64,000 nucleotides of DNA, taken from assembly GCA_965205265.1 (NCBI GenBank), contig CBDBGH010000003.1, forward strand, positions 3,872,001-3,936,000. Reading direction: 5' to 3'. A program made the position numbers and the translations under genes. The notes under the pieces are model-generated. The model did no database searches. It had not been told where the DNA came from and saw only the letters and a program-made list of their open reading frames with translations. Of this stretch, positions 18,579 to 28,914 are shown one piece after another; the stretch's first letter is position 1; each line of letters starts with the position of its first letter. This stretch comes from Alphaproteobacteria bacterium (GTDB taxonomy: Bacteria > Pseudomonadota > Alphaproteobacteria > Bin95).

Positions 18579-19936
18579 TGCGCATGGCCTCCGGGCTGCG
18601 TGAGGGCCGCAAGCTGGCTCACATCCGCGACCGACTCAAGCCGGTCCACAAGTTCGATCAGCCGTTCGCCCGCCTGCGGGTCGAGCCCGGCCCAGGCCCA
18701 GTTGCCCCGGAACTTGGCGAGATGCTGGGCGCGGGTGAGCGGCCGGGCGGGGCCGCCGGGCACCTCCTCGACGCGGCACGCGAGACGCCGCCCGTCCCGG
18801 AGCGCGATCTCGACCGCGACCGGGGCAAGCGCATTCGGGTCGGGATTGCCGTCCGTCTCCACCCGCACGCGCCCGGCGAGTTCCTGGCTTTCCCTGTCCG
18901 CGAGCGCGTCCGGCGTGAAGTCCTCATGGTCGAGATCGCTGCCGAGCAGGATGCGCGCCGTCGTCCAGCGGACCGAAAGCCGCGCCTGGTTGACGGCCAG
19001 TTCGCCCTGGACCTCGCGGCCCACAAGCTGCTCCACCAGCGGCGTCACGATCAACCGGACATCGGCCACATCGCTCGCGGCAATGCCGTGCTCCGCCCGG
19101 AGCGCAAGCAGCGCTTCGACGACGCCGTGGGTCGCGCGGCCGCTGGGCCAGGGCTTGTGGGCCGTCTCGGCAATGCGCCAGACCCGGCCCAGCTTCGCCA
19201 GGACCGGCCGGATGTCGTGTTCGCCCTCGATGAGTTCCAGATAGCCGTGCTCGCCCTCGATGCTGCCTTGCGGCCCCGGCAGGCCTGCGCGCGCCATATC
19301 GACCGCCGCGATGGCGTTGCGGGCGCCGAAGCCCACCTGCATGCCGAGCAGGGGCGAGCCCTCGCCATGCGCCTGCATCGTGCCGGAGACCTGCCCGAGC
19401 GCGATGCCGAAGGCATGCGCCGCCGTCTCCTCGTCAAGGCCGGCGAGCTTCGCGCAGGCCGCCGTCCCGCCGAAGGTGCCGGCCGTCGCCGGGCGGAAGA
19501 AGCGCAGCCCGGCTTTCGACGCCAGGCCGAGCCCGGCCGCAATGTCCGCGCCGACAGCCACCGCCTCGACCAGCCGGCGGCCGGAGACGCCGCCCTCGCG
19601 CTCGGCGAACGCCATGGCGGCCGGGAACAGCACCGCCATGGTATGCACCACCGCGCCCTCGTGGACGCAATCGTATTCCGAGTTGTGGAGCTGATAGGCG
19701 TTGAGCGCGGCCGCGGCCGGGGCCGGCAGCATCTCGGTCGTCGCCCAGACCCGCGCCTCGGCCGGCGGGCCGGTCAGCACGCGGCGCCACGCGGCGGTAA
19801 ACGGGCCGCGCGAGCCCGCCGCCGCCACGCCGAAGGAGTCCAGCGCGAAGGTCTTGACGGCCTCGACCGCCGCCGCCGGCAGGTCGTCGAAGCCCGTGCC
19901 CGCGACATGGCGGGCGAAGATGCGCGCTGCGTCCAT
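18575..19936 (-). CDS. MmgE/PrpD family protein
   Basis: FDDLPAAAVEAVK..ALDSFG, EYDCVH....H, KPWPSGRATH. Confidence 0.88.
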   Translation of the reverse strand: MDAARIFARHVAGTGFDDLPAAAVEAVKTFALDSFGVAAAGSRGPFTAAWRRVLTGPPAEARVWATTEMLPAPAAAALNAYQLHNSEYDCVHEGAVVHTMAVLFPAAMAFAEREGGVSGRRLVEAVAVGADIAAGLGLASKAGLRFFRPATAGTFGGTAACAKLAGLDEETAAHAFGIALGQVSGTMQAHGEGSPLLGMQVGFGARNAIAAVDMARAGLPGPQGSIEGEHGYLELIEGEHDIRPVLAKLGRVWRIAETAHKPWPSGRATHGVVEALLALRAEHGIAASDVADVRLIVTPLVEQLVGREVQGELAVNQARLSVRWTTARILLGSDLDHEDFTPDALADRESQELAGRVRVETDGNPDPNALAPVAVEIALRDGRRLACRVEEVPGGPARPLTRAQHLAKFRGNWAWAGLDPQAGERLIELVDRLESVADVSQLAALTQPGGHAQ

Positions 19937-19975
19937 GCCCCTGCCGGCGCCTCCCGCGCTTCTACGCCCTGACGG

Positions 19976-21157
<1,182 letters not shown>

Positions 21158-21306
21158 GGCGAGGTTCTCCCTGAACTGCAATTCGGGCCGGAGTATTGCC
21201 CGTCCGCGCCCGCGGTTTCAATGCCCCGCGCCGGGCCGCCGCCTTCCCCCTGCCGGAGAACCGTTCTAAAACACTGCCATCCGCGCCCGCTCGGAGAACT
21301 GACCCG

Positions 21307-22056
21307 ATGGCGTCCGAGACCGGCAAGACGCCCCGGACCGTAGCCCTGTTCGCGACCTGCCTGGCCGATCTCGTGCGGCCCTCGGTCGCGTTCGCTGCCG
21401 CGCGGCTGCTGGAGGCGGCGGGATGCCGGGTGGAGGCGCCGGCGGCGCAGACCTGCTGCGGCCAGCCCGCCTGGAACAGCGGCGACCGCAAGCATGCCGC
21501 CCGCATTGCGCGGAAGACGGTGCGCGCCTTCCGCCGCTATGAGTGGATCGTCGTCCCCTCCGGCTCCTGCGCCGGCATGCTGCGCTGCCACTATGCCGAC
21601 CTGCTGGGGGGAGACGATGAGGGCTTCGGCGCGCGGGTCTGGGAGCTGACCTCCTTCCTCGTCGATGTCTGCGGCTTCGAAGATGTGCAGGCCCGCTGGC
21701 CGATGACGGCCGTCTATCACGACAGCTGTGCGGGGCTGCGCGAGCTCGGCGTGAAGGACCAGCCGCGCGCGCTGCTCGCGAAGGTGGAGGGCCTCGCGCT
21801 CTCCGAACTGCCGGATGCCGAGGTGTGCTGCGGCTTCGGCGGCACCTTCTGCGTCAAGTATCCGGATATCTCGACCGCCATGGTCCGGGACAAGACCGCC
21901 GCGGTGAAGAACAGCGGGGCCGGCGCGCTGCTGGCCGGCGACCTCGGCTGCCTGATGAACATGGCCGGGCGCCTCTCCCGCGAGGGCAGCGAGATCGAGG
22001 TGCGCCATGTCGCGGAGGTTCTGGCCGGCATGACGGACGAGGTCCCGCCGCTGTGA
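21307..22056 (+). CDS. lutA: Lactate utilization protein A (LutA/LldE, CCG Fe-S protein)
   Basis: FATCLAD, QTCCGQP, YHDSC, CCGFGGTFCVK, DLGCLMN. Confidence 0.88.
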   Translation: MASETGKTPRTVALFATCLADLVRPSVAFAAARLLEAAGCRVEAPAAQTCCGQPAWNSGDRKHAARIARKTVRAFRRYEWIVVPSGSCAGMLRCHYADLLGGDDEGFGARVWELTSFLVDVCGFEDVQARWPMTAVYHDSCAGLRELGVKDQPRALLAKVEGLALSELPDAEVCCGFGGTFCVKYPDISTAMVRDKTAAVKNSGAGALLAGDLGCLMNMAGRLSREGSEIEVRHVAEVLAGMTDEVPPL

Positions 22057-23462
22057 GCTTCGCCGGGCCCGCCAATTTCCGCGCGAGCGCCGCCCGCGCG
22101 CTCGCCGACGAGCCGCTGCAGCGCGAGCTCGCCAGATTCAGCCGCGGCTTCCAGGTCCGGCGCGTCGAGGCGGCGTCGAGGCTGCCGGAATTCGAGGCGC
22201 TCAGGGACCGGGCGCGCGACATCAAGAACCACTGCCTCGCCCATCTCGACTTCTATCTGGAGCGTTTCGAGGGGAATTGCGTTGCGGCGGGCGGCGAGGT
22301 CCACTGGTGCGCCACCGCCGAGGACGCCCGCCAGGCGATCCTCGCCATCTGCCGCCGCCTCGGCGCGAAGACTATGGCGAAGGGCAAGTCCATGGTCTCG
22401 GAAGAGATCGGCCTGAACGAGTTCCTTGCTGAAAACGGAGTGCGCGCGGTCGAGACGGACCTCGGCGAATACATCCTCCAGCTTCGCGGCGAATCGCCGA
22501 GCCATATCGTGGCGCCGGCAATCCATGTCGCGACCGAGCAGTGGACCGAGGCCTTCCGCAACGCCCACACCGACCGACCGGCGGACCGCCCGCTCTCGGA
22601 CGGCAGCGAGATCATGGCGGAGGCCCGCGCCGTGCTGCGCGAGCAGTTCCTCGGCGCCGATGTCGGCCTGACAGGCGCCAATTTCCTGATCGCCGAGACC
22701 GGCTCTTCGGTGATCTTCACCAATGAGGGCAATGGCGACCTCTCGCAGACCCTGCCCCGCGCCCATATCGTCATCGCCGGCATCGAGAAGGTGATCCCCA
22801 CCCTGGAGGACCTCTCGGTGTTCATGCGCGTGCTGCCGCGCTCGGCCACGGGGCAGGAGCTTACCGTCTATACGACGCTCTCCACCGGCCCCCGCCGGCC
22901 GGGGGACCTGGACGGGCCGGAGGAATACCATGTCGTGCTGCTCGACAACGGCCGCGCGGACATGCTGGGCGGCGCGTTCCAGGACATGCTGCGCTGCATA
23001 CGCTGCGCGGCCTGCATGAACGCCTGCCCGGTCTACAAGCAGATCGGCGGCCATGCCTATGGCTGGGTCTATCCGGGGCCGATGGGGGCCGTGCTGACGC
23101 CCGGCCTGCGCGGCGTCGAGGAGGCCGGGCACCTGCCCAACGCCTCGACCTTCTGCGGCAAGTGCGAGGAGGTGTGTCCGGTCCGCATTCCCCTGCCGCG
23201 CATGATGCGCCACTGGCGCGAACGGGAATTCGCGCGCCGCCTCTCGCCGGCCAAATTCCGCTACGGGCTCGACCTCTGGGCCTTCTTCGCCACCCGCCCG
23301 GCGCTCTACCGCCCCTTTGCGGCCATTGCCGCCCGGGTGCTGGGCAGAGGGCGCCCCTGGAAGCGGCTGCCCTTCGCCGGCGGCTGGACCGGTACGCGGG
23401 ACTTCCCGGCGTCGGAGGGCCGGAGCTTCATGAGCCTCTGGCAGGCGGGGCGGAGGCGCTGA
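22053..23462 (+). CDS. lutB: Lactate utilization protein B (LutB/LldF)
   Basis: KGKSMVSEEI, ETDLGEYI, TNEGNG, CIRCAACMNACP, FCGKCEEVCP. Confidence 0.93.
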   Translation: MSFAGPANFRASAARALADEPLQRELARFSRGFQVRRVEAASRLPEFEALRDRARDIKNHCLAHLDFYLERFEGNCVAAGGEVHWCATAEDARQAILAICRRLGAKTMAKGKSMVSEEIGLNEFLAENGVRAVETDLGEYILQLRGESPSHIVAPAIHVATEQWTEAFRNAHTDRPADRPLSDGSEIMAEARAVLREQFLGADVGLTGANFLIAETGSSVIFTNEGNGDLSQTLPRAHIVIAGIEKVIPTLEDLSVFMRVLPRSATGQELTVYTTLSTGPRRPGDLDGPEEYHVVLLDNGRADMLGGAFQDMLRCIRCAACMNACPVYKQIGGHAYGWVYPGPMGAVLTPGLRGVEEAGHLPNASTFCGKCEEVCPVRIPLPRMMRHWREREFARRLSPAKFRYGLDLWAFFATRPALYRPFAAIAARVLGRGRPWKRLPFAGGWTGTRDFPASEGRSFMSLWQAGRRR

Positions 23463-23466
23463 GGCC

Positions 23467-23895
23467 ATGGCGTCGCGGGCGGCCCTGCATGAGCGCATCG
23501 TGGCGGCGGAGGGCGCGCGCGCCGTCGAGGTCGGCCTCGACCTGCGCCGGCTGAACGAGCCGGATTCCCCTGTCTTCAACCGGGGCGAGAATGCGGCCCC
23601 GTTCTTCGTGGCAATGGGCGCGGTGTTCGCCGCGCTCTATTTCGGCGGCTGGGTCTGGGCGCTGGCGGTGGCGGGGACCGCGCTCATCCTGATGGCGACC
23701 GGCCTCCAGTATCTGCTCATGCTGAGGCTGCGCCGGCGCGCGCTCGCCTATGCGCTCTCCGATCCCGAGGGCTGGCAACGGCTCTGGGACCTGGGCGGGC
23801 TGACGCTGCGTCTGCCGAGCCGGGACGACACGCTGATCGACTCCCCGGACGGCGACTGGACGGGCTTCGCCGCCCGGCATCTGGGGCGGCCATGA
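23467..23895 (+). CDS. Hypothetical two-TM membrane protein
   Basis: Hydrophobic hairpin; 4 nt after the lutB stop and ATGA overlap with lutC. Confidence 0.7.
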   Translation: MASRAALHERIVAAEGARAVEVGLDLRRLNEPDSPVFNRGENAAPFFVAMGAVFAALYFGGWVWALAVAGTALILMATGLQYLLMLRLRRRALAYALSDPEGWQRLWDLGGLTLRLPSRDDTLIDSPDGDWTGFAARHLGRP

Positions 23896-24611
23896 GCGGC
23901 CGCGATGCCATCCTGGCCCGGATCAGGGCCGCCACCGGCGGCGCGAAGGGCGAAGCGGCGGAATGGCTTGCCGCCCGGCCGAGAGGCCCCAGGCCGGCCC
24001 GTGCGGCCGACGACCCGCTCGAACGCTTCGCCGCCGAGGCGCGCGCGGCCGGCAGCACGGTCGCCGGTCCGGTGCCTCCTGAGGACGTGCCGACCGAGAT
24101 CGCCGAGTGGCTTGTCGGCGAGAACCTGCCGGCCCGCCTCGCCGCCTCGCCGGATCCGGCGCTCGACCGCTATCCCTGGAGCAGCCGCCCGCTGCTGACC
24201 CTGGAGCGCCGGCGGGCGGAGCCGGAGGACCGCGCGGCGCTGACGCCCTGTTTCGCGGGCATTGCCGAGACCGGCACGCTCGCCATGCTCTCCGGGCCGG
24301 AACGGCCGGTCACGCTCAACTTCCTGCCGGAGGCGCATATTGCGCTCGTCCGCACGCGCGACCTTGTGGGCGCCTATGAGGACCTCTGGGAACGGGTGCG
24401 CGAGGCGGGCGACGCGCCCCGCACGGTCAACCTGATTACCGGGCCGTCGCGCAGCGCCGATATCGGCCAGGAGCTGCGCATGGGCGCGCACGGGCCGCGC
24501 CGGCTGCATATCGTGCTGGTCGACGACGAGCAGGCGGCAAACATCGTCGATGACGAGCGGGCGGAAAACGTCGATGACGACGAGCAGGCGGCAGGCTCCG
24601 ATGACGGCTAG
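23892..24611 (+). CDS. lutC: Lactate utilization protein C (LutC/LldG, LUD domain)
   Basis: GRDAILARIR, GIAETGTL, ITGPSRSADI....MGAHGPRRL. Confidence 0.9.
   Translation: MSGRDAILARIRAATGGAKGEAAEWLAARPRGPRPARAADDPLERFAAEARAAGSTVAGPVPPEDVPTEIAEWLVGENLPARLAASPDPALDRYPWSSRPLLTLERRRAEPEDRAALTPCFAGIAETGTLAMLSGPERPVTLNFLPEAHIALVRTRDLVGAYEDLWERVREAGDAPRTVNLITGPSRSADIGQELRMGAHGPRRLHIVLVDDEQAANIVDDERAENVDDDEQAAGSDDG
24522..24593 (+). repeat. 27-nt imperfect tandem repeat x3 at lutC 3' end
   Basis: DDEQAANIV / DDERAENVD / DDEQAA. Confidence 0.75.
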
Positions 24612-25116
24612 CGCCGAAGATTTCGATGTCTGGCGCCGGATGACGCGAAATGTCCGGCCGCTGCCGGGCCGCCCCGTCCCGCCCGCATCGCGCCGGCCGG
24701 AACCGGCGGCGAAACGGGAGCCGGAGGAGCCGCCGACCCCCGCGCCGGACGAAGCCGCGCCCCGCTCCGCGCCTGCAGGCGGCGGCATCGACAAGCGCAC
24801 CGCAAGACGCATCCGGCGCGGCGCCCTGCCGATCGACGCCCGGATCGACCTGCACGGCATGACGCGCGAGGAAGCCTTTCGACGCCTCACCCGCTTCATC
24901 GCCGAGAGCCAGGCAGCCGGGCGCCGGCTGGTACTGGTCGTCACCGGCAAGGGGCGCGGGGCGGACGGCATCTCCTCGGGCGTCATCCGGCGGGAGACGC
25001 CGCACTGGCTTGCGCGCCCGCCCAACGCCGCGCGCGTGCTCGACACGGCCCCGGCGCAGCCCCGCCACGGCGGCGAGGGCGCGCTCTATGTCTATCTCAG
25101 GAAACGGCGGCCGTGA
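24601..25116 (+). CDS. Smr/MutS2 domain protein
   Basis: IDARIDLHGMT, VLVVTGKG, HGGEGALYVYL. Confidence 0.92.
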   Translation: MTASAEDFDVWRRMTRNVRPLPGRPVPPASRRPEPAAKREPEEPPTPAPDEAAPRSAPAGGGIDKRTARRIRRGALPIDARIDLHGMTREEAFRRLTRFIAESQAAGRRLVLVVTGKGRGADGISSGVIRRETPHWLARPPNAARVLDTAPAQPRHGGEGALYVYLRKRRP

Positions 25117-26387
25117 CGCCCGCGGCGCGCGTCGGCGCGGCCATCGAGGCGCTGGAGGAGATCGAGGAGACCGGCCGCCCGGCGGACGCGGTGCTGGGCG
25201 GCTTCTTCCGCGCCCGCCGGCATATCGGCGCGAGCGACCGCAAGGCGGTGGCCGAGCGGGTGTTCGGCGTACTGCGCCGGCGCGCGCGGCTCGACTGGCA
25301 TCTGGCCCGCCGGGGCGCGGAGCCGACGGCGCGCGCGCGCATGCTGGCCCGCCTGCTGCTGGTGGACCGCCTGCAGGAGCCGGGCGCCGTGTTCGGACGC
25401 GGCAAATATGCGCCCGCACCGCTCGACAGCGCGGAGCTCGACCTGTTCATGGCGCTGGCCGGCGAGCCGCTGGAGCCGCCGGAAATGCCTGCCTCGGTGC
25501 GCGCCGAATGCCCGGCCTGGGCGGAACGCGGGCTCAGGGAGAGCCTGGGCCGGGCCTTCGCCGAGGAGCTGCGCGCGCTGGCCGAGCCCGCCCCGGTGGA
25601 CCTGCGCGTCAATGCGCTCAAGACGACGCGCCGCGAGGCCCGGCGCACGCTGTTTCGCGAGGGCGTCCGCACCGAGCCGCTGGAGGACGCGCCCTGGGCG
25701 CTGCGCTGCGAGGGCCGCCCGGCGCTCGGGCGCACGCGCGCCTTCCGCGAGGGGCTGGTGGAGGTGCAGGACGCGGGCTCGCAGCGCATCGCGCATGCCG
25801 TCGCGGCCGGGCCGGGCATGCAGGTGGTCGATTTCTGCGCCGGCGCCGGCGGCAAGGCGCTGGCGCTCGCCGCCGACATGGAGGGCAAGGGCCGCGTCGT
25901 CGCCGCCGATGTGCATGACAAGCGCCTGGCGCGTCTCGGCGAGCGCATGCGCCGGGCGGGCGCGCACAATATCGAGCGCCGCCTGCTGGAGAGCGAGCGC
26001 GACCGCTGGGTCCGCCGCCAGCGCGGCAAGTTCGACCGCGTGCTGGTCGATGCGCCCTGCACCGGCACCGGGGCCTGGCGGCGCAACCCGGACGCCCGCT
26101 GGACGCGCGAGGGGCCCCGCCTCGCGGAGCTGACCGGCCTCCAGGGCCGCATCCTCGAAAGCGCCGCGCGGCTGGTGAAGCCCGGCGGCCGGCTGGTCTA
26201 TGCCACCTGCTCGCTGCTCCGCGAGGAGAACGAGGCGCAGGTGGAGCGCTTTCTGGAGGCCGCGCCGGACTTCGCGCGCGCCAGAGACGACCTCCGCATT
26301 TCGCCCGCCCGGGACGGCTCGGACGGGTTCTACGCCGCCATTCTGGAACGGGGGGAGGCCCCATGCGCGAACGACTCCGCACCCTGA
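25113..26387 (+). CDS. RsmB/NOP family RNA m5C methyltransferase
   Basis: EVQDAGSQ, DFCAGAGGK, VLVDAPCTGTG, YATCSL..EENE. Confidence 0.93.
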   Translation: MTPAARVGAAIEALEEIEETGRPADAVLGGFFRARRHIGASDRKAVAERVFGVLRRRARLDWHLARRGAEPTARARMLARLLLVDRLQEPGAVFGRGKYAPAPLDSAELDLFMALAGEPLEPPEMPASVRAECPAWAERGLRESLGRAFAEELRALAEPAPVDLRVNALKTTRREARRTLFREGVRTEPLEDAPWALRCEGRPALGRTRAFREGLVEVQDAGSQRIAHAVAAGPGMQVVDFCAGAGGKALALAADMEGKGRVVAADVHDKRLARLGERMRRAGAHNIERRLLESERDRWVRRQRGKFDRVLVDAPCTGTGAWRRNPDARWTREGPRLAELTGLQGRILESAARLVKPGGRLVYATCSLLREENEAQVERFLEAAPDFARARDDLRISPARDGSDGFYAAILERGEAPCANDSAP

Positions 26388-26896
26388 TCGCCGAACGGGC
26401 GCTCTCCACCGGAACCTTCACCCTCGCCTCCGGGGCGGGCACCCAATATTTCTTCGACATGAAGCAGGTGATGCTGGACCCGGAGGGGCTGACCCTGATC
26501 GCCGAGGCGTTCCTGGAGCGGATAAGCGGGGAGCCGGTGGACCATATCGGCGGCATCGCCATGGGCGCGGTGCCCATCGTGGCGGCGGTCTGCGCGCTCA
26601 GCCGCGCCACCCCGCGCCCGCGCCGCGCCTTCTTCGTGCGCAAGGAGACCAAGGACCACGGCACCGAGCGGCGCGTCGAGGGCTACCTGCCGGACGGCGG
26701 CGAGGTGCTGCTGTTCGAGGATGTGACCACCACCGGCGGCTCGGCGATGATCGCCGTCGAGGCCGCCCGCGCCGCCGGCTGCCGGGTGGAGACGCTCTAC
26801 ACCGTGGTGGACCGGCTCGAAGGCGCGGAAGCCAATCTGGCCCGCGAAGGCATCCGCCTCGCCCCGCTCTTCACCCGCGACGACTTCACGCTGTAG
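26363..26896 (+). CDS. pyrE: Orotate phosphoribosyltransferase
   Basis: FTLASG....YFFD, VRKETKDHG, EDVTTTGGS PRPP loop. Confidence 0.93.
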   Translation: MRERLRTLIAERALSTGTFTLASGAGTQYFFDMKQVMLDPEGLTLIAEAFLERISGEPVDHIGGIAMGAVPIVAAVCALSRATPRPRRAFFVRKETKDHGTERRVEGYLPDGGEVLLFEDVTTTGGSAMIAVEAARAAGCRVETLYTVVDRLEGAEANLAREGIRLAPLFTRDDFTL

Positions 26897-26909
26897 CGGC
26901 CCGGCGGCC

Positions 26910-27344
26910 ATGTCCCGAACGGCGAATATCGACACGAGCGGCCTCCGGCGGTGCATCGGCACGCTTGAGGCGGCGTTCGTGCATCTGCGGCAGGAAAGTC
27001 GGGACGGGCCGATGCGCGACATTTTCCGCGCCGCCTGCGTCAAGGAATTCGAACTTGTGCTCGAAGTCGGCGCCGCCCTGTTGCGAAGGCGCTTCAAAGA
27101 CTTCTTTGCGAGCGGCCGCGAGGTCGACCGGCTCATCTTCCGGGATTCCTTCCGCCACGCCGCAAAACATGCGCTCGTAACCGCCGACGCCTGCGAACGG
27201 TGGCTGCAATACCGCGATGTCCGCAATGCCCCCGCGCGAGATTATGGCGAGCGTTTCGCCGAGACGGCGCTGGAGCTCATACCGGCATTCGTGGCTGACG
27301 CGCAGGCGCTGGCCGACGCCATCGAGGGCGAAGACGGAGGTTGA
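26910..27344 (+). CDS. HEPN nucleotidyltransferase substrate-binding protein (HI0074-like); RxxxxH motif degenerate
   Basis: RAACVKEFELVLE, WLQYRDVRNAPARDYGE. Confidence 0.82.
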   Translation: MSRTANIDTSGLRRCIGTLEAAFVHLRQESRDGPMRDIFRAACVKEFELVLEVGAALLRRRFKDFFASGREVDRLIFRDSFRHAAKHALVTADACERWLQYRDVRNAPARDYGERFAETALELIPAFVADAQALADAIEGEDGG

Positions 27345-27402
27345 GGCGAAGACGAATTCCGGGAATCCCCGGCTCCCGTATATGGGTCCTGTCCTTGCCG
27401 GA

Positions 27403-27445
27403 TGATGAGAATGGCCCCAAATTCTCATCAAATAGTGCGGAGAAT
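27403..27445. promoter_or_regulatory. Inverted-repeat operator upstream of the Fic gene
   Basis: TGATGAGAAT-N8-ATTCTCATCA perfect IR plus a third half-site TGCGGAGAAT. Confidence 0.6.
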
Positions 27446-27449
27446 CGAT

Positions 27450-28607
27450 GTGTACATTTGGGAGCAACCGTCTTGGCCGGACCTGACCTGGGACAATGGG
27501 AGGCTCCTTGAGCCGCTTGGGGCCGCGCGCCTCAAACAGGGCCATCTCCTCGGAGGAATGGCCGCCCTTGGATTCGATCTGAAACTCGAGGCGCAGCTCG
27601 AGGCGCTCACGGAAGAGGCTGTCAAGACTTCGGAGATCGAAGGCGAACGTCTCGACCGCGACAGCGTGCGGTCTTCGATCACGCGCCGCCTGGGTTTGAC
27701 GCAAGCCGCCCTGGCGCCGACCGACCGGCGGGCCGAAGGTGTCGTCGAAATGATGCTGGACGCCACGGCGAACCACGAAACCGGCCTGACGGCCGAACGC
27801 CTGTTCGGCTGGCAGGCGGCGCTTTTCCCCACGGGTTACTCGGGCATACGCCGCATCCGCACCGGCGCATGGCGCGACGATGCGATGGGACCGATGCAGG
27901 TCGTTTCGGGTCCGGTCGGTCGCGAGCGGGTTCACTATGAAGCCCCTCCCGCGAAGCGGCTTGAGGCCGAGGTCCAGGCGTTCCTGGACTGGTTCAACGG
28001 CCGGGCCGGGCCGGAAGGGGTGCTGCGCGCCGGCATCGCCCATCTGTGGTTTGTCACCATCCATCCGTTTGAGGACGGCAACGGACGCATCGCGCGGGCG
28101 ATTACGGACCTGGCGCTGGCGCAGTCGGAGAACTCGGGACAGCGCTTCTACAGCATGTCGAGCCAGATCCGGGAGGAGAGGTCCGACTATTACGACATGC
28201 TCGAACGCACCCAGAAAGGCGGTCTCGACATCACCGACTGGCTGGTCTGGTTCGTCGGATGCTTCGCGCGGGCGCTCGACGGCGCCGAGCAAACCTGTGC
28301 GCTCGTCCTGCGCAAGGCCGCGTTCTGGCAGCGCCACGCCCGCGAACCGTTCACCGGGCGTCAGAAAGCGGTGCTGAACAGGTTTCTCGACGGCTTCGAG
28401 GGCAAGCTGACGGCCAGGAAATGGGCCGCCATCGGCAAGTGCTCCGTCGCCACGGCCCAGCGTGACATCAACAAACTGGTCGCTGGCGGCATCCTTCGCC
28501 GCAATCCGGGCGGAAGCAAGAGGACGAGCTACGACCTGGGAGAGAAGTCCGGGACCGCCAGCCCAGGCCCGGCGCCGGGCGAAGCGCCGGCAGTGGACGA
28601 TGCCTGA
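27450..28607 (+). CDS. Fic family protein with DUF4172 N-terminus and C-terminal HTH
   Basis: YIWEQPSWPDLTWD start, TSEIEGE, HPFEDGNGRIAR, TAQRDINKLV. Confidence 0.93.
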   Translation: MYIWEQPSWPDLTWDNGRLLEPLGAARLKQGHLLGGMAALGFDLKLEAQLEALTEEAVKTSEIEGERLDRDSVRSSITRRLGLTQAALAPTDRRAEGVVEMMLDATANHETGLTAERLFGWQAALFPTGYSGIRRIRTGAWRDDAMGPMQVVSGPVGRERVHYEAPPAKRLEAEVQAFLDWFNGRAGPEGVLRAGIAHLWFVTIHPFEDGNGRIARAITDLALAQSENSGQRFYSMSSQIREERSDYYDMLERTQKGGLDITDWLVWFVGCFARALDGAEQTCALVLRKAAFWQRHAREPFTGRQKAVLNRFLDGFEGKLTARKWAAIGKCSVATAQRDINKLVAGGILRRNPGGSKRTSYDLGEKSGTASPGPAPGEAPAVDDA

Positions 28608-28800
28608 CGGGCTTCTGCTGGAGGAGCGCCACCGCGCCGCGCTCGACCGGCTCTTCGCCGAGCATCTGCCGGAGGTCGAGGTCCGGGCCTATGGCAGCCG
28701 CGTCACCGGCCGGGCGCATGAGGGCAGCGACCTCGACCTGGCGCTGCGCGCGCCCGGCGGGGCCGAAATCGAATCCGTCCGGCTGGGTGCGTTCTGCCGC
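28600..28800 (+). pseudogene. Minimal nucleotidyltransferase (MNT) antitoxin, C-terminally truncated, in frame with downstream ADH
   Basis: AYGSRVTGRAHEGSDLDLAL (GSx10DxD); similarity ends after ~65 aa and the third Asp segment is missing. Confidence 0.75.
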
Positions 28801-28914
28801 GCGCGGGCCCCGGATGGCGGTTTTCCTTATCGTCGGCGCCTCAATCTGCTGCTATGGCTAGAAGATGACCGAGCGAGGCCCGGCCGGGCCGGCCGGGGAC
28901 AGGAGGAAAGCGGG

